From positions 100,812,001 to 100,876,000 of the forward strand of contig NC_135889.1 of NCBI RefSeq assembly GCF_964194155.1: 64,000 bases of DNA. Reading direction: 5' to 3'. Below are positions 1 through 12,034 of this stretch, in pieces; the stretch's first letter is position 1; each line of letters opens with the position of its first letter. Position numbers and translations under genes: made by a program. The notes under the pieces are model-generated. The model was given only the letters and a program-made list of their open reading frames with translations, was not told the origin of the DNA and did not search any database. Source of the DNA: Cetorhinus maximus. Its lineage: Eukaryota.

Positions 1-679
1 CAACCACACCATCTTTATAGTCCACCCTTATTGAGCATGTAATTAATTTTCCTCAGAACTGTAGACTAACTGAGGTTATGCATTAAAAACGAGTCTCTAT
101 GTAGCCTTGAAGTAACTATGTAATTGCAGAACTGACAAATAGATTTCCAAAATTTAGTTGCAAGTTGTCTCAGGTGCATTTTCCTCCCTCCAATTTACTC
201 CTTTCTTCTCCTGAAGGCAACAAGACATTCTGGAGTGCAGTTTAATGGTTTCCAGCTGGCCTCACCCAAGTTGTCACTTTTCATTGTCAGTTTAGACAGT
301 GCTTGTCAGCTGGTTCTTTGACTGAGATAGTATTGCTGTTATTAGTGACTCGGCTGTGTGGCTATCAGGAGTGGAACTTTAACTGATTTAGCACTCACCA
401 GCCCAGAGATACTGAGAACAATCATAGTCGGAACACAGGTACATGAGTAGGCCATTCAGCTGCTTGAGTCCACTTTGCTGTTCAACTAGACTATGGCTGA
501 TCTGTATCTTCACTCCATCTATCTGATAGCGATAGCAGCAGATTGTTCCCTTATCACAGGTCTGGCTAAAATCAGCAAACTTCACAGAGACAGGAAGTAA
601 AACCTTCAGTGCATTTTAATCGTTTGCTTGCAGAAAAGTAAGGGCAGCAGGGAAGTTATTTTTGTATTCTTATAATCAG

Positions 680-1097
680 GTTGCAGAACATTGGGCTGTA
701 TTCCCTTGCATTTGGAAAGTTGAGGGGGATCCAATTGAGGTGTTTGAAATGATATAAGTAGATACTAAGAGGCTATTTCCTCTGGTGAAGGAATCTAGAA
801 AAAGGGGGCACAATCTTAAAATTAGATCTAGGCCATTCAGGAGTGAACTCAGGAAGCACTTTATTACTCAAAGAATAGTAGAAATGTCACATTTTTGCAT
901 CCGAAAGGCCATGGATGCTGGCAAGTTTTATAAACTTGGAAGTTTTAAGACTCAGGTCAGCAATTTTTTTATGAAGTCAGGATTTCAATTAGGGCGATTG
1001 ATCAAAAGCAAGTAAATAGAGTTTGAAACAGATTAGTTATGGTTGAATAGAATGACAGAACATGCTCGAGGGGCTGAATGGCTGACCGCTGTCCCTC
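680..1097 (+). mobile_element. CR1 LINE 3' fragment (end of ORF2 and 3' UTR)
   Basis: Translation ESRKRGHNLKIRSRPFRSELRKHFITQRIVE matches the CR1 ORF2 C-terminus. Ends in the typical gctcgaggggctgaatggc 3' motif. Confidence 0.85.
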
Positions 1098-2150
1098 TCT
1101 TCCAATTGTTAATACAGTACCTAAGTACTTAAAGGTGAAATTGGACACCTGATTAAAGTTTCAAGTAACATCCATTACTTATGTATCAGATTGGATAGAC
1201 TCGCATTTTGCTTCCACGGCAACTGCTGCTCTATCATGCCACTCTATCATAACTACATTTGGTCTAAACAAATCAACAGTGGAATGGAGAAGAGTGCCCA
1301 TCAAATCAGCCCAGAATAAAAAGCTTCCAATTTTGTCGTTTTCACTGTATTCGAGCAGATTTGAATTTGACCTAATTTAATATATCTTGTACTTGGCAGA
1401 AGCTGCCCCTGCTTGAATGTCTCATATCCCAGTGCTGTAAAACATGTCTTCTTTCTGTAACATGTATCTTAAGATTATTTGAATACAAGTTAATTCCAGG
1501 AAATAGAATTTCAGCAGGGGTTCCCCTGATCTCTTGCCATGACTTAGGCAGAAAATCGGCAGGAACCCCAGAGAAATGGTGTGAAAGGATTACTTTGGCT
1601 TTGCGCCATTAAACTGTAATAAATGTTTGGTCCATACTAGTATTGATGTTGGATAGGCAGCTGGAGAATGTAGCAGCAGCCTTTGGATCAATGCTGGAGG
1701 CAGTGAGGTAAAGGATGGTGTTGATGTGCCAGCTGATCCCATGCTTCTGGATGTTGTCGCCAAGTGGTAGATGTAAACGGTGAAGTGGTGGGGATGAAGA
1801 ATTGACCTGGATTCTATATGGACAGGAGAACTCTCAATAAAAAGAATCCAAAAATCATGGAAAACTAAACTCATTATATTATAGCAATGTATTCAATTCA
1901 GTAACATACTTGTCAGCACATCACTGAATATCCTTATCCCTTAGGTGTGTTTGTGATCCCAGTGCACTCCCAGCTACTGCTAATTGCTGCTCTAAGACTC
2001 TTGTTTTGGTGATTTGCTTACTAGATAATGTTGGTTACGTTGCAATGTTGTGGAATTAGCTGATCCCAACTTTATGATTTCTCCTAATCAAAGCACAATT
2101 TTGGCCAACATAATCATTTCGCCTCCCATTTAGTAATGGAGCATGATATT

Positions 2151-3287
2151 GGCCGGGACTTTCCGTGCCCGCTGGCATCAGGCGTATTCAGTGGCGTGAG
2201 CGGACAATATGGCGAAAAAGCCAAAAAGCGGTTTCACAAACTTTAATTCTTTGAGTAATAAGGTCAGCCCGCCGGAATCACCCCTCCCCCAACCCTGCTG
2301 GATTGCCTGCCCATGTCAGCAGGAAAACACGCCGACGTGTTTCACAACAGCATTTATAAGGCCTGCATTTGGCAGGCTGCACTTTGATTTTGTTTGCCTA
2401 TCTTGCAAATGTTGGTTACTTTGCACTCGCAGTCATTACCTCCAGGCTTCACAGACAGCACCACATTAATTTTATGAGGTGTTCATGGTAGGTTTCTACC
2501 TACCAGATCAGCCATATGTGGGTGGCTTTTCGACGGCTGCAGAGCAAGGTTTTTCTTGGGGAAGGGGCGGAAATGCCTTCAGTCAAGGGAAGAGAGTACA
2601 GGGGAAGGAGGGTATCTCCTTGGAGAGGCACATGTTGATCTGCATAAGTGGCCTCATGATGGTGGGGGCTGAGGAGGCAGTCACCAATGGAGATGAGGCC
2701 AGATGGACATGTGAGGGTGTGTGTATGAGAATTGGTGGTGATGCCTCTTGAGCTGGCAGTGAGTGAGATGCCAGTGAATGTGTGATGGGCTTGAGTTTAG
2801 AGTGATGAGATGGTTGCCATACCCTGGCTGCACGGATGAGATCATTCATCCTCCATATGCATTGGATGGCCAACATCTTCTGTGCGACATTGGCACTGAT
2901 CACGACTGACATTGCCTACCAAGCTAGACTGGTAATGTAGCTGCCCCCTGCTGCGGCCAGATTGGGAGCAGAGGACATCACAGGAGGCCTCCACGGCATC
3001 CAAAAGGCACTTGAAGGCTGCAGTCTTCTTGCCTTTTGGGGCCATGACTTCTTTGCTGCGGTCTGGGTCTGGAAGCACTGTGTGCGGCTGTACTTTAAGT
3101 GTGGTGCCTGGCGAGATGAAGCGGTGAGGTGACGGCGTGGCAAGTGAATCGGAGCCCACCCGCCATCAAAATGGCGTATTTCCCAGGAATGCATAATTAA
3201 TGTGGCGGGTTTGGGACGATATGGTGTGAAAACCCTCCGTCGCTGCAGTGCTACTGCACTTAGCGCAAATCTGGAATGATTCCGCCC
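2151..3287 (-). mobile_element. Non-autonomous PIF/Harbinger transposon carrying a Myb/SANT-like exon
   Basis: Imperfect TIRs GGCCGGGACTTTCC / GGAATGATTCCGCCC, with ATT on both sides (3-bp TSD). Contains a decayed Myb-like exon. Confidence 0.8.
2823..3045 (-). pseudogene. Decayed Myb/SANT-like (MSANTD/NAIF1-type) DNA-binding exon of Harbinger
   Basis: Frameshifted MAPKGKKTAAF..LLDAVEA..DVL / VVISAN..QK..AIQC.WRMNDLIRAAR, followed by a GT donor (CAGG|gtatgg on minus). Confidence 0.75.
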
Positions 3288-6200
3288 ATTGTCTCTGAAT
3301 TGATAATTCTAGCTAACATTTTTCTCTTGCTGCCTATAAGAGCTTGTGATCCAGTACCTACGCCTCAAAATGTCAGTAATCTGAAAGGCAGGAGACTGCA
3401 GCCTGTAGGTATTGACACAGATTGAATGAATGCAGCACCTTAATTTATCCATTTAGAGGTGCACTTGGGTGACTTGGGGGATAATCATTTTCCGTCCTTT
3501 TCCCTCCTTCCCTGGGCAAATGTGGTAAACACTTCCATTGAGGAGTTCTGATTTCAGCTCGAGTACCCTAGCTGAAAGTGCAAAACTGTACCCAAATGTG
3601 TAAATGTTTCAGGGAATAATAATTCCTATTTCCCTCAGTTATGATTGTTCAGCATTTTAATTTGTAACATTGTCCCATAATGAATGTATTTTACACTTTC
3701 ATTTACTGTAAAATTTGGTAAAGCTGACTTTGTGCATGTCTTCTGTGTATAACAGATTTAACTGGTGGGGTAATTAGGGGTTTAAATGATAATTCAAAAA
3801 ATAGATGAGGGACTTATAATGATGTAATGTGCAAACAATAGCTTGTGCTGTAACTCACGTCCCCTAGCCCTTCTAACTGAAAAGAAATGACTCTGGTTGT
3901 GACAGCTCCATTTTGAACCAACCTAATGGCTAAATGGGAAAGTGAGGTTGTTACAGCGGATAAGCTGATTCTTAAAAATATACAGTTTCCACAGGTTTCT
4001 TCCTTGCTTCTATGACAGATGTTTTTGCTAACACAGAACAGCAGGGAAACATCAACCAGTTAAGAGAATCTGTCTCTCCTACATGGAAGGAATTACTCAG
4101 AAAGATTCTGACAGAACATTTTGTTTTTCATAGTTTCTCAAATTCCAGCATGTATTGTCTGACAAGGTTACCGTCCTTTTTAAAAATAAGGCAAATTGAT
4201 TGCCAGAGCTGTATTTTGTCACGTCTTGCAATTTCCTTTTACCAAACGGAATTGACAAAAAAAAATGGGAAAAAAAAATCACACGACTCAAGCTACGTAT
4301 TAATGCTGTGACTTATTATGGAGGAGGGGTGTGGGGGGTGGGGTGGAGGTGGTGGGTGGTGGGGGCACATATTTCTGCTGCACATTTTTCTCCCTTTCAC
4401 TTTCTTTGGTGTAGGCATTATACAACTACCAACATCCGTCGGAAAGTGCAGACCGGTTTGTTTCAAGATGTGATAATCAACAAGCGTGTGAGAGCCACTG
4501 TTTTATTCAACAGTGGAAAACATGTGCCACAAAATCACTTGTAACAAATTCAGGGTTATGTATAAATACATGTACAAAGTGCAAGTGCAAAAACTTATGA
4601 GTGGAAAGAAAGTGAACTTTGTTTCCTGAATTATTACTTTTTTAAAGGAACTCCCTAAAGATATAACTACCTTGCCAGTTCCTTGAAAAATGACACCAAT
4701 TATAGCACGAGTTGCTTGTTTATTCATAAGGTAGGAACTTTAATTGCCCTAAAATCAAATATTTGCACAATTTTTATTAAATGCAATGATAGTAGCTCTG
4801 AGAGAACTGCTACCAGGATTTCTAAAAGCCTTTCCCTGCCCTCTCAGGTTTTAAGTTATCCTGAAAAGGAGTAATATTATGCAAATTTGTGTAAACTACA
4901 CCAAAATTACATGAGTTTTTTTGCATCGTTTGTTATTTTTGTCACTGTATCATGTGTGTAATTTTTTTTTGATTAATTGCTTACAAAACCTGCACGCTGG
5001 AAGGGGATAAGATTTTAGCGATTTCTGCACAAATCTAAAGCCTATTTCAGTGCTGGGTGCCAGAAGGTAATGTTTAATTCCTCGCACAAATAAAAAATAA
5101 AACCTAGAAGATCAGAACCATAGTTAGATCAGAACCTTGCACAAATACCCTGAAAACAAGACCCTCTTAAGCACTTGATTAATAACCAGCAGCAGTAGTA
5201 GTAACTGGCTGTGAGTGTAACTCTTTTAATAACTAGAGTAACTTTCCTATTCTATTTAAACACATACATCAATTACATGTGTACTTTGTCACGGTGTTAA
5301 TGACCATAAGGCAGTTTTTCTAATGCTGAACTATATTTTGCATGAGTAAATCATTGCTATGCTCTACAGAAGACAAGGGTAGCTCTATACAAGAAGTGCA
5401 TTTTTATGTAGAATAAATAATGTACTTTGTACCAAATAATATATCTACCCTGTTAACTATGGTTCAGATCTTCTAGGTTTTAATTTTAAAACAGATAGAA
5501 ACTTTGGCTAAAGCTGTTTTATTTAATTTTACATACCAGAGTATAATAACCCAATATTTGTGATTTTAATATATGCTGGATGTCTCAAATTAATCTGCTT
5601 TCTAGATTCCCTTGAACAAAAATGGGACAAATAGAAAAATACTGAACTTGCAGGAGATTTGAAGGAGTTAATCCCAGTTAAAGGGAATAGGAATCTAGGG
5701 CCAAGTATCATTCATGTTAAGTAATTATGTCCAGATGAATTCCAGATACTTAAAAAAAATCCAAATATTCTCATTCACAGAGCTCCTCTGTGGAGCTAAA
5801 AAGGATGCCACAAAGAAAAAGAATACACTTTTGATCATTAAGATCTAAATATAGAAATCGTTCAGTGGCGACCGAAAGAAACAAAGAAGAAATGTCTTGT
5901 GATGAGCTTGGAAACAGACTGGTCAGGCTGACACCAACAATAAGTAGACACCCTCCAAAGGAAAATCACCCACTTGTCCTGTCCTACATTGCTCCTTTTT
6001 AACTGGTGTAATGTAAAGAAAAAGTCTCATCACCAAGAATATGCGGAAAATTGAATTCCTTTATTTAACATTCATAACACTTGCACCATGTTACCTCCAT
6101 TACCAAATAAGTGAAAATTCCTTCCAAAGTAAATCCAAAACCACATTCATTTCAGCTGAACTTCACAGTGAACCATATCTTTGAATCTCTGCTTTTAAAA

Positions 6201-8420
6201 TCTAATGATTTTCCCCCCATTTTGCCTTGCTAATAGTCAAAATTATAGTCACAGCCCTGAAAACGTGTTGGAATGATTTGTGTTACTCTTGTAATTTACC
6301 AATTTGTGGAATGTTAATGGCAGTGCATGGCCCGAAGCACCCATTAAATTCAAAATACATCAGAAATAGTGCTTTAAAAAATTGCAGACTAATGAGAAGA
6401 GGTGGGATATGAAAATTAATCTACCTCACAATACCAAGGACAAGTGACCCACAAAATGATTGTGTTGCATGTTCGTGACATCACAAATTGAATCACTTTC
6501 TGCATTTATTCTTCCTGAAGCGGGCTATTGTTATGTTTGTCCCACCTAATAATGAATAAATACATTTGTTTTCACTTAGTAATAGCCAGTGATTGATTTG
6601 GCCAGAGGTTACACAATATCTCCGGTATTACTTAATAAGATCATAAGACCATAAGATCATCAAAAATAAGAAAAAACAAACCAGAAAAAATCCAATGGCT
6701 TTTATAGCACAAACATAACATAATTAATGTTAATTCACTGTTAATTCTAGATCAGCAAGTGCAACTTTCTGGCAAATCGTTTAATGGGATGAAATTTCAT
6801 TCAGAACGTCTGATTTATACTCATTTATCATAAAGAAGAGAAAGCCTCAAGAATTGCTTTACTTGTACACCATATGAAGCACCAGTATATGTAGTCTATA
6901 TAATATTTTCCTGCTTTGAAACTCTCAGGCATATGCTAAGCCAGAGTATATCACAAACCACACATTTAAACCCATGCATTTATAGTAAATAATAAAATTC
7001 CTATGAAGTCACCAGCTAAGTGGTAAATCACAATACAGTAATCTTAAAGTATTGCAACCCTACTGTTCAGCTGGGAAACAATCCAAAAGCATTTCACCAC
7101 AGCCTTACAGAAAGCATTCCATTCCCTTCCATTTCTCTCTTGTTTAAAACCCACATCCATAATAACCTCCAAAAACAGCACCAATGAGCTGAGCCCAAGA
7201 AAAGGATCGGCCTGAAGTGTGGATAAAAATCTACCTTAAAAAGCAGACATGGACATAATCAACAGTTTGTCTGTGATTTGGAAATGATTTTATCCAGTTT
7301 TGAAAGGCTCTTTTGCTGTACATAAATCGAATGAATAGGCTGTGTTGTTTAAAACACGTCCAGATACATGAGTTCACTTCATGCACGAATACAGCGTGTA
7401 CATGTCACAGAAATAGCATGGCTTTCACATGGGAATTTTTTGCTTGTTTTTTTCCCCAGAAAAAAAAAGTTTTATTTCCCATCTCTGACAAAGCTCTCAG
7501 GCACAAATAACCACAACTGGAAATGCTTAAACCCAAAATGCCACTTAAATTCCAGCCAGAAAGTCATTATCTTTGAATAGAAAACTCTTCTGCCATCTAT
7601 TTTCTTTCTTGGATCCTAAATTTCATTGCAGAAACCTTTACTGTAAGGCATACATAAATATTGTAGGCATGAAGAATGCAGTTCACAAGCTTGTCATTTT
7701 AGTACAGGTCACTTCGATTAAGTGAATACCTGGTAAGTGTATACTTCTATTAAATGATTTGAGATGGAATTTTATAACTATTAATAGTCATTGTATGAAG
7801 TTCTGTGAACTCTATCAGTCGAGTTGCAAGTTCCTGTGAAGTCAGTGCCATTTTCTATTACTTGTTCTGTGCATGTTATCAGGTTTATAGTCAACTCACA
7901 TGTAATTATCTGCTATATAAATTGTACAAATATTATCATTTGTTCATAAAATGCATGGCTTGGAAAAAATATTCAATTGTCTTTATGCAAAACAAAAAGT
8001 AAAACCAGATAAAAGCTTTAGGGATATTTCACCTGGAGTTCCTGATAAGCGAATAAAATGTTAGGACAAATCTGTTATTCAGTGAGCAGGAACTGAGTGC
8101 CATGTAATTTTGAGTAAAAACTGCTTCACTGGCTAGAATTGGATACACCAACGTTTGAGCTCTAACATTTATGATAAATTTTGAATATGGAACAGTTTTG
8201 AATCAAAATGACAGTTTCTGAGAGAAAAACTAAATTAATAGTTTACAGTCCTATTATATTAAAGGGAGGAAGCAATGCCAGTTGAGATGTTCTGTGATAA
8301 AATAAAAGAACCATGACAAAATTAAATAAATTACCATGTTGTCTCATTGTAGTTGTCATTTTAAAAAATGTTTTAAAAATGCTGTTTAGGTTTTCCCTTG
8401 GTTGCACAGTTTATATCCTG

Positions 8421-8504
8421 GTTTAGGATATAATTCACAGGGATGAAAAGGGGGAAAGAAAGTGGTAATATGGGAAAACTAAATAAAATTGTTGTAAATA
8501 AATG
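8421..8504 (+). repeat. 84-bp direct repeat, copy 1 (left flank of Gypsy insertion)
   Basis: gtttaggatataattcacagggatgaaaagggggaaa...gggaaaactaaataaaattgttgtaaataaatg aligns with 11534-11617. Confidence 0.85.
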
Positions 8505-11094
8505 AACCTTATGTCCTAAGGGAGAAAGTAGAGCAAGAACTGAAAAGACTTGAAGCTGGGAACATTATCTCTAAAGTAGAACAGAGCAATTGGGCTACTC
8601 CCATTGTGTTATCAACAAAGTCAGATGGTAGTATAAGAATATATGGGAATAAGGTAACAGTAAATCAGGTACTGAAAAATCCACCCGATACTTTGCCAAA
8701 TTGGAGGATCTGTTCAGAATGTTGTCAGGAGGCCAGATTTTTACAAAATTAGATCTGACACATGTTTATCTGCAACTTGAGTTAGATGATGAATCTCGGT
8801 CATATTTGACTATTAATACACACATGGGTCTATTTCAGTTTCATAGGCTGCCATTTGGTGTTTCTTCAGCCTCTGGAATTTTCCAAGGGGTGATGAACTA
8901 AATTTCGCAAGGAATTCAGGGAGTAGTGCGCTATTTGTATGACATACTTATTTCAGCTCCAAACAGGCAGATCGAGGATGACAGGGTCAAAAATTTGCAC
9001 CAATGTTTTCTAAAGCATGGAGTTTGGGTGAAGATGTACAACTGTGAAATGCTTCGAAACTCTGTAGCGTGGTTGGGTCAAAGGGTGGACAGAGATGTGC
9101 TACATCTCACCAAGAGTAAGTTTCAAGCAATAAGAAAGGTGCCACACCCTCAGAAAATCTCTGAGCTCAGATCTTTTTTGGGCTTAGTGAGTTACTACAG
9201 TAAATTCACACCAAATTTGGCAACCTTACTGCATCCGTTGAATGAGCTCTAGAGGAAGGGCGTTCCATGGAATTGGACAAGGGAATGCGACAAAGCCTTC
9301 CAGCTTTGTAAAAGTAAATTGGTAGATGGCACAATGCTTGTACATTATGATGCCTCCAAAAAGATAAAGCTAGTATGTAATACCTCTCCATACAGATAAT
9401 GTAGGACAATGATGAGGAGAAATTAATTGCATTTGCCTCATGCACCCTCAGTGCTAGTGTGCAAAATTATGCACAGCCAGAATGCGAAGTGCTGTCTTTG
9501 ATTTTTGGACTAAGAAGATTTCATAACTGATTGTATGGTCATAGTTTCATTATTGAAACTGATAATAAGCCAATGAAGGCTATTTTGAAACCCAAATCAC
9601 CAGTATCCACTTCAGCTGTAGCCCAAATGCAGAGATGAGCTTTGATTTTGTCTGCTTATCAGTAGAATATTAAGCACAGACAATCGGAAGATCATTGTAA
9701 TGTCACTGTGGTGTCTATATTACCATCTCCCTCAGAGGTAGAGCCCAACAGGGAAGATGTATTTTTCTTTTCACACGTAGCTGTGTTGTCAGTCATGGCA
9801 GATAACATTGGTAGGACAACTTATAGGGACACTGTCAAGGGTATACGGCTATATCGCAAATGGGTGGCCAACACAGAAACTGGATTTAAAAATCAGGCCA
9901 TTTTTTTATGCGTAAGAATGAGGTGTCCATTGATAAAGGTTGTGTTATGTGGGGAGCCAGAGTTCTAACTCCTGAAAGGTACAAATCGCAGTTACTATGC
10001 GATCTTCAATGGTCAACACTTAGAGATGAGCTTGACAAAGAGTCTAGTGAGAAGCTATCTTTGGTGGCCATGGTTAGATAAGGAAATAGAAGACACAATA
10101 AAACAGTGTAGAGCATGTCAAGCTGTAGAAAAGCTGTCATCGGCACCTTTGCAACAATGGAAATAGCCAACTAGAGTGAGGCAGAGGCTGCACATTGATT
10201 TTGAAGGGTAACAGCTATTCATTATGATAGATAGCCATTCAGAGTGGATTGAGGGGTTCCCAATCAATTGAATAACAATTAGCAAAACTCTCAATATTTT
10301 GTGTAGGTTGATTGCTGCTTATAGATTCTCAGAGGAAATTGTGTCCGACAATGGACCTCAGTTTTGTTCAGAAGAGTTTGTAAAATTTATGAGAATGAAT
10401 AGGGCAAAACACATGTCAGGGCAGCCATATCACCCTGCTTCAAATGGAGCAGCAGGGTGCACAGTACAAATTGTTAATCATGCTCTTGTTAAAGAAATGC
10501 TAGATACAAATTGGGAGAAATGCCAGTTGTTATTGAATCACAAACTGGCAAATTTTTTGTTTATGCATTATAAAATGCCTTACACTCCTGAATTTCTTCT
10601 TAGAAATCAGCCTAGAATGAGGTTTTCATTGCTGAAGCCACATTTAGCACAGTCAATGGAAGAGAAGCAAACCAGGCATGATAGGGTTAGAGTGAGAGAA
10701 AGAAGTCTGAAGTTAAACCAGAAGGTTAAGATGAAAGAACATCATCATAAATGGTTGAAGTGGTTACCAGGAAAAGTCGTGAACATATGTGGTCCTGGCA
10801 CATATTTTGTCAAGATGTTGAGCAGTGATAAAGATTAGATTTGTACACATAGATCATGATTTACCTTCAGAGAATAAAAGAGTTGGGAAGAATCAAATGA
10901 TAATTTGGATAGTTGGGATATGAATGGAGTACCAATACTTACTCCAACACAAATTGTGCCTGAAAAAAGCTCAGATCTGAGTCAGAATCAGGCAGATATG
11001 TCTAACGAAGTCGGATGAAGTGGAAAATTCAATTAAAGGTCGAGGTCAAAATCAGTCTTTATTGGAGAAAATTTCTTCCCAGGCTCAGGTCAAA

Positions 11095-11210
11095 ATAGAA
11101 CCATAGAAAAGTTACAGCACACAAGGAGGCCATTCAGCCCATCTTGTCCATGCCAGCCCAAGGACACCCAGGTGCCCTTTCTAATCCCACCTTCCTGCAC
11201 CCGGCTCAAT
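11095..11210 (-). mobile_element. SINE/CR1-tail fragment nested in the Gypsy element
   Basis: atagaaccatagaa microsatellite tail followed by ggaggccattcagcccatc, the reverse complement of a CR1-type 3' end. Confidence 0.65.
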
Positions 11211-11320
11211 TGGTCAAGGTTGTTCCCCAAGTTCTGGAAGTTTGGGTCAAGAAAGGAGGTAGCCTCTTAAGTAGAGGAAAACAGTGGTTAAGTTTGATTT
11301 GTAAATAATGATAAAGAAGA

Positions 11321-11345
11321 AATATATATATTATATATATATATA
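11321..11345. repeat. (TA)n microsatellite
   Basis: atatatatattatatatatatata. Confidence 0.85.
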
Positions 11346-11397
11346 AGTTGTGTGGCATTTGAACATTTGTGTAATGTTTTCATTAAGGAGGGAGGAG

Positions 11398-11533
11398 TGT
11401 AACAGTAACCCCTTTGTGGCCATTTGTGTGTGTATGTATGTATAGTCAAACTGAATTAAACCAGTTTATCAGTTAGATACTTTGAACTCCATGTGTTGCA
11501 CATGGTCTCGTTCTGTCCTGCAAATACATCACA
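11398..11533 (+). repeat. Short 3' LTR of the Gypsy element
   Basis: Begins TGTAAC directly after the PPT, contains ATTAAA, ends CATCACA. Confidence 0.75.
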
Positions 11534-11617
11534 GTTTAGATATAAGCCACAAGGGTGAAAAGGGGGAAATAAATTGATAATCTGGGAAAACTGAAATAAA
11601 ATTGCTACAAATAAATG
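11534..11617 (+). repeat. 84-bp direct repeat, copy 2 (right flank of Gypsy insertion)
   Basis: Starts at the base after the LTR terminal CA and aligns with 8421-8504. Confidence 0.85.
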
Positions 11618-12034
11618 GCAGGGCTGACAGCCACTGAAAAGAGAGAAGATTGAAATTATTTGTTGGGTGGAAATTCTTCAATAGGTTCCTTTATGTTTCA
11701 CTTTTAGCCAAGTGCAAGTGGGTGATTGAGAGCAGGGTGACAGACTCTCCAATTTGCCTTGCTGTCCTTTGAGGAAAGTAACTGATCTCAGTTCACTGCT
11801 TCTTCTAATGATACAGATAAGATCAGAGACTGGCCATGTGATCTGTTGGGTGCACAAATACACATCTTACTACTCTCATGGGACTACTAATGCACCAACC
11901 TGGACATCAATGAGGTTTTCATACTTAAATAAAGATTTAAAGGGATAAAAATGAAATGCAATATCTATCTATGACGCAAGGATAGATTCTCATTTGTGAA
12001 GGCAATTAGTTGTTCAAGAAGTTAGAGAATAGAA

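Larger units (their letters stand above)
8505..11533 (+). mobile_element. 5'-truncated Ty3/Gypsy LTR retrotransposon (RT-RNaseH-integrase, PPT, 3' LTR)
   Basis: PYVLREKVEQELKRLE..WATPIV, FTKLDL..YLQLELD, RLPFGVSSA, ELRSFLGLVSYY, IVSDNGPQF, PYHPASNGAA, with many stops and frameshifts. PPT aaggagggaggag ends at 11397. Confidence 0.93.

Noticed and set aside
8505-11533. Endogenous retrovirus
   Set aside because: RT and integrase motifs are Ty3/Gypsy-type, and there is no env-like ORF between integrase and PPT.
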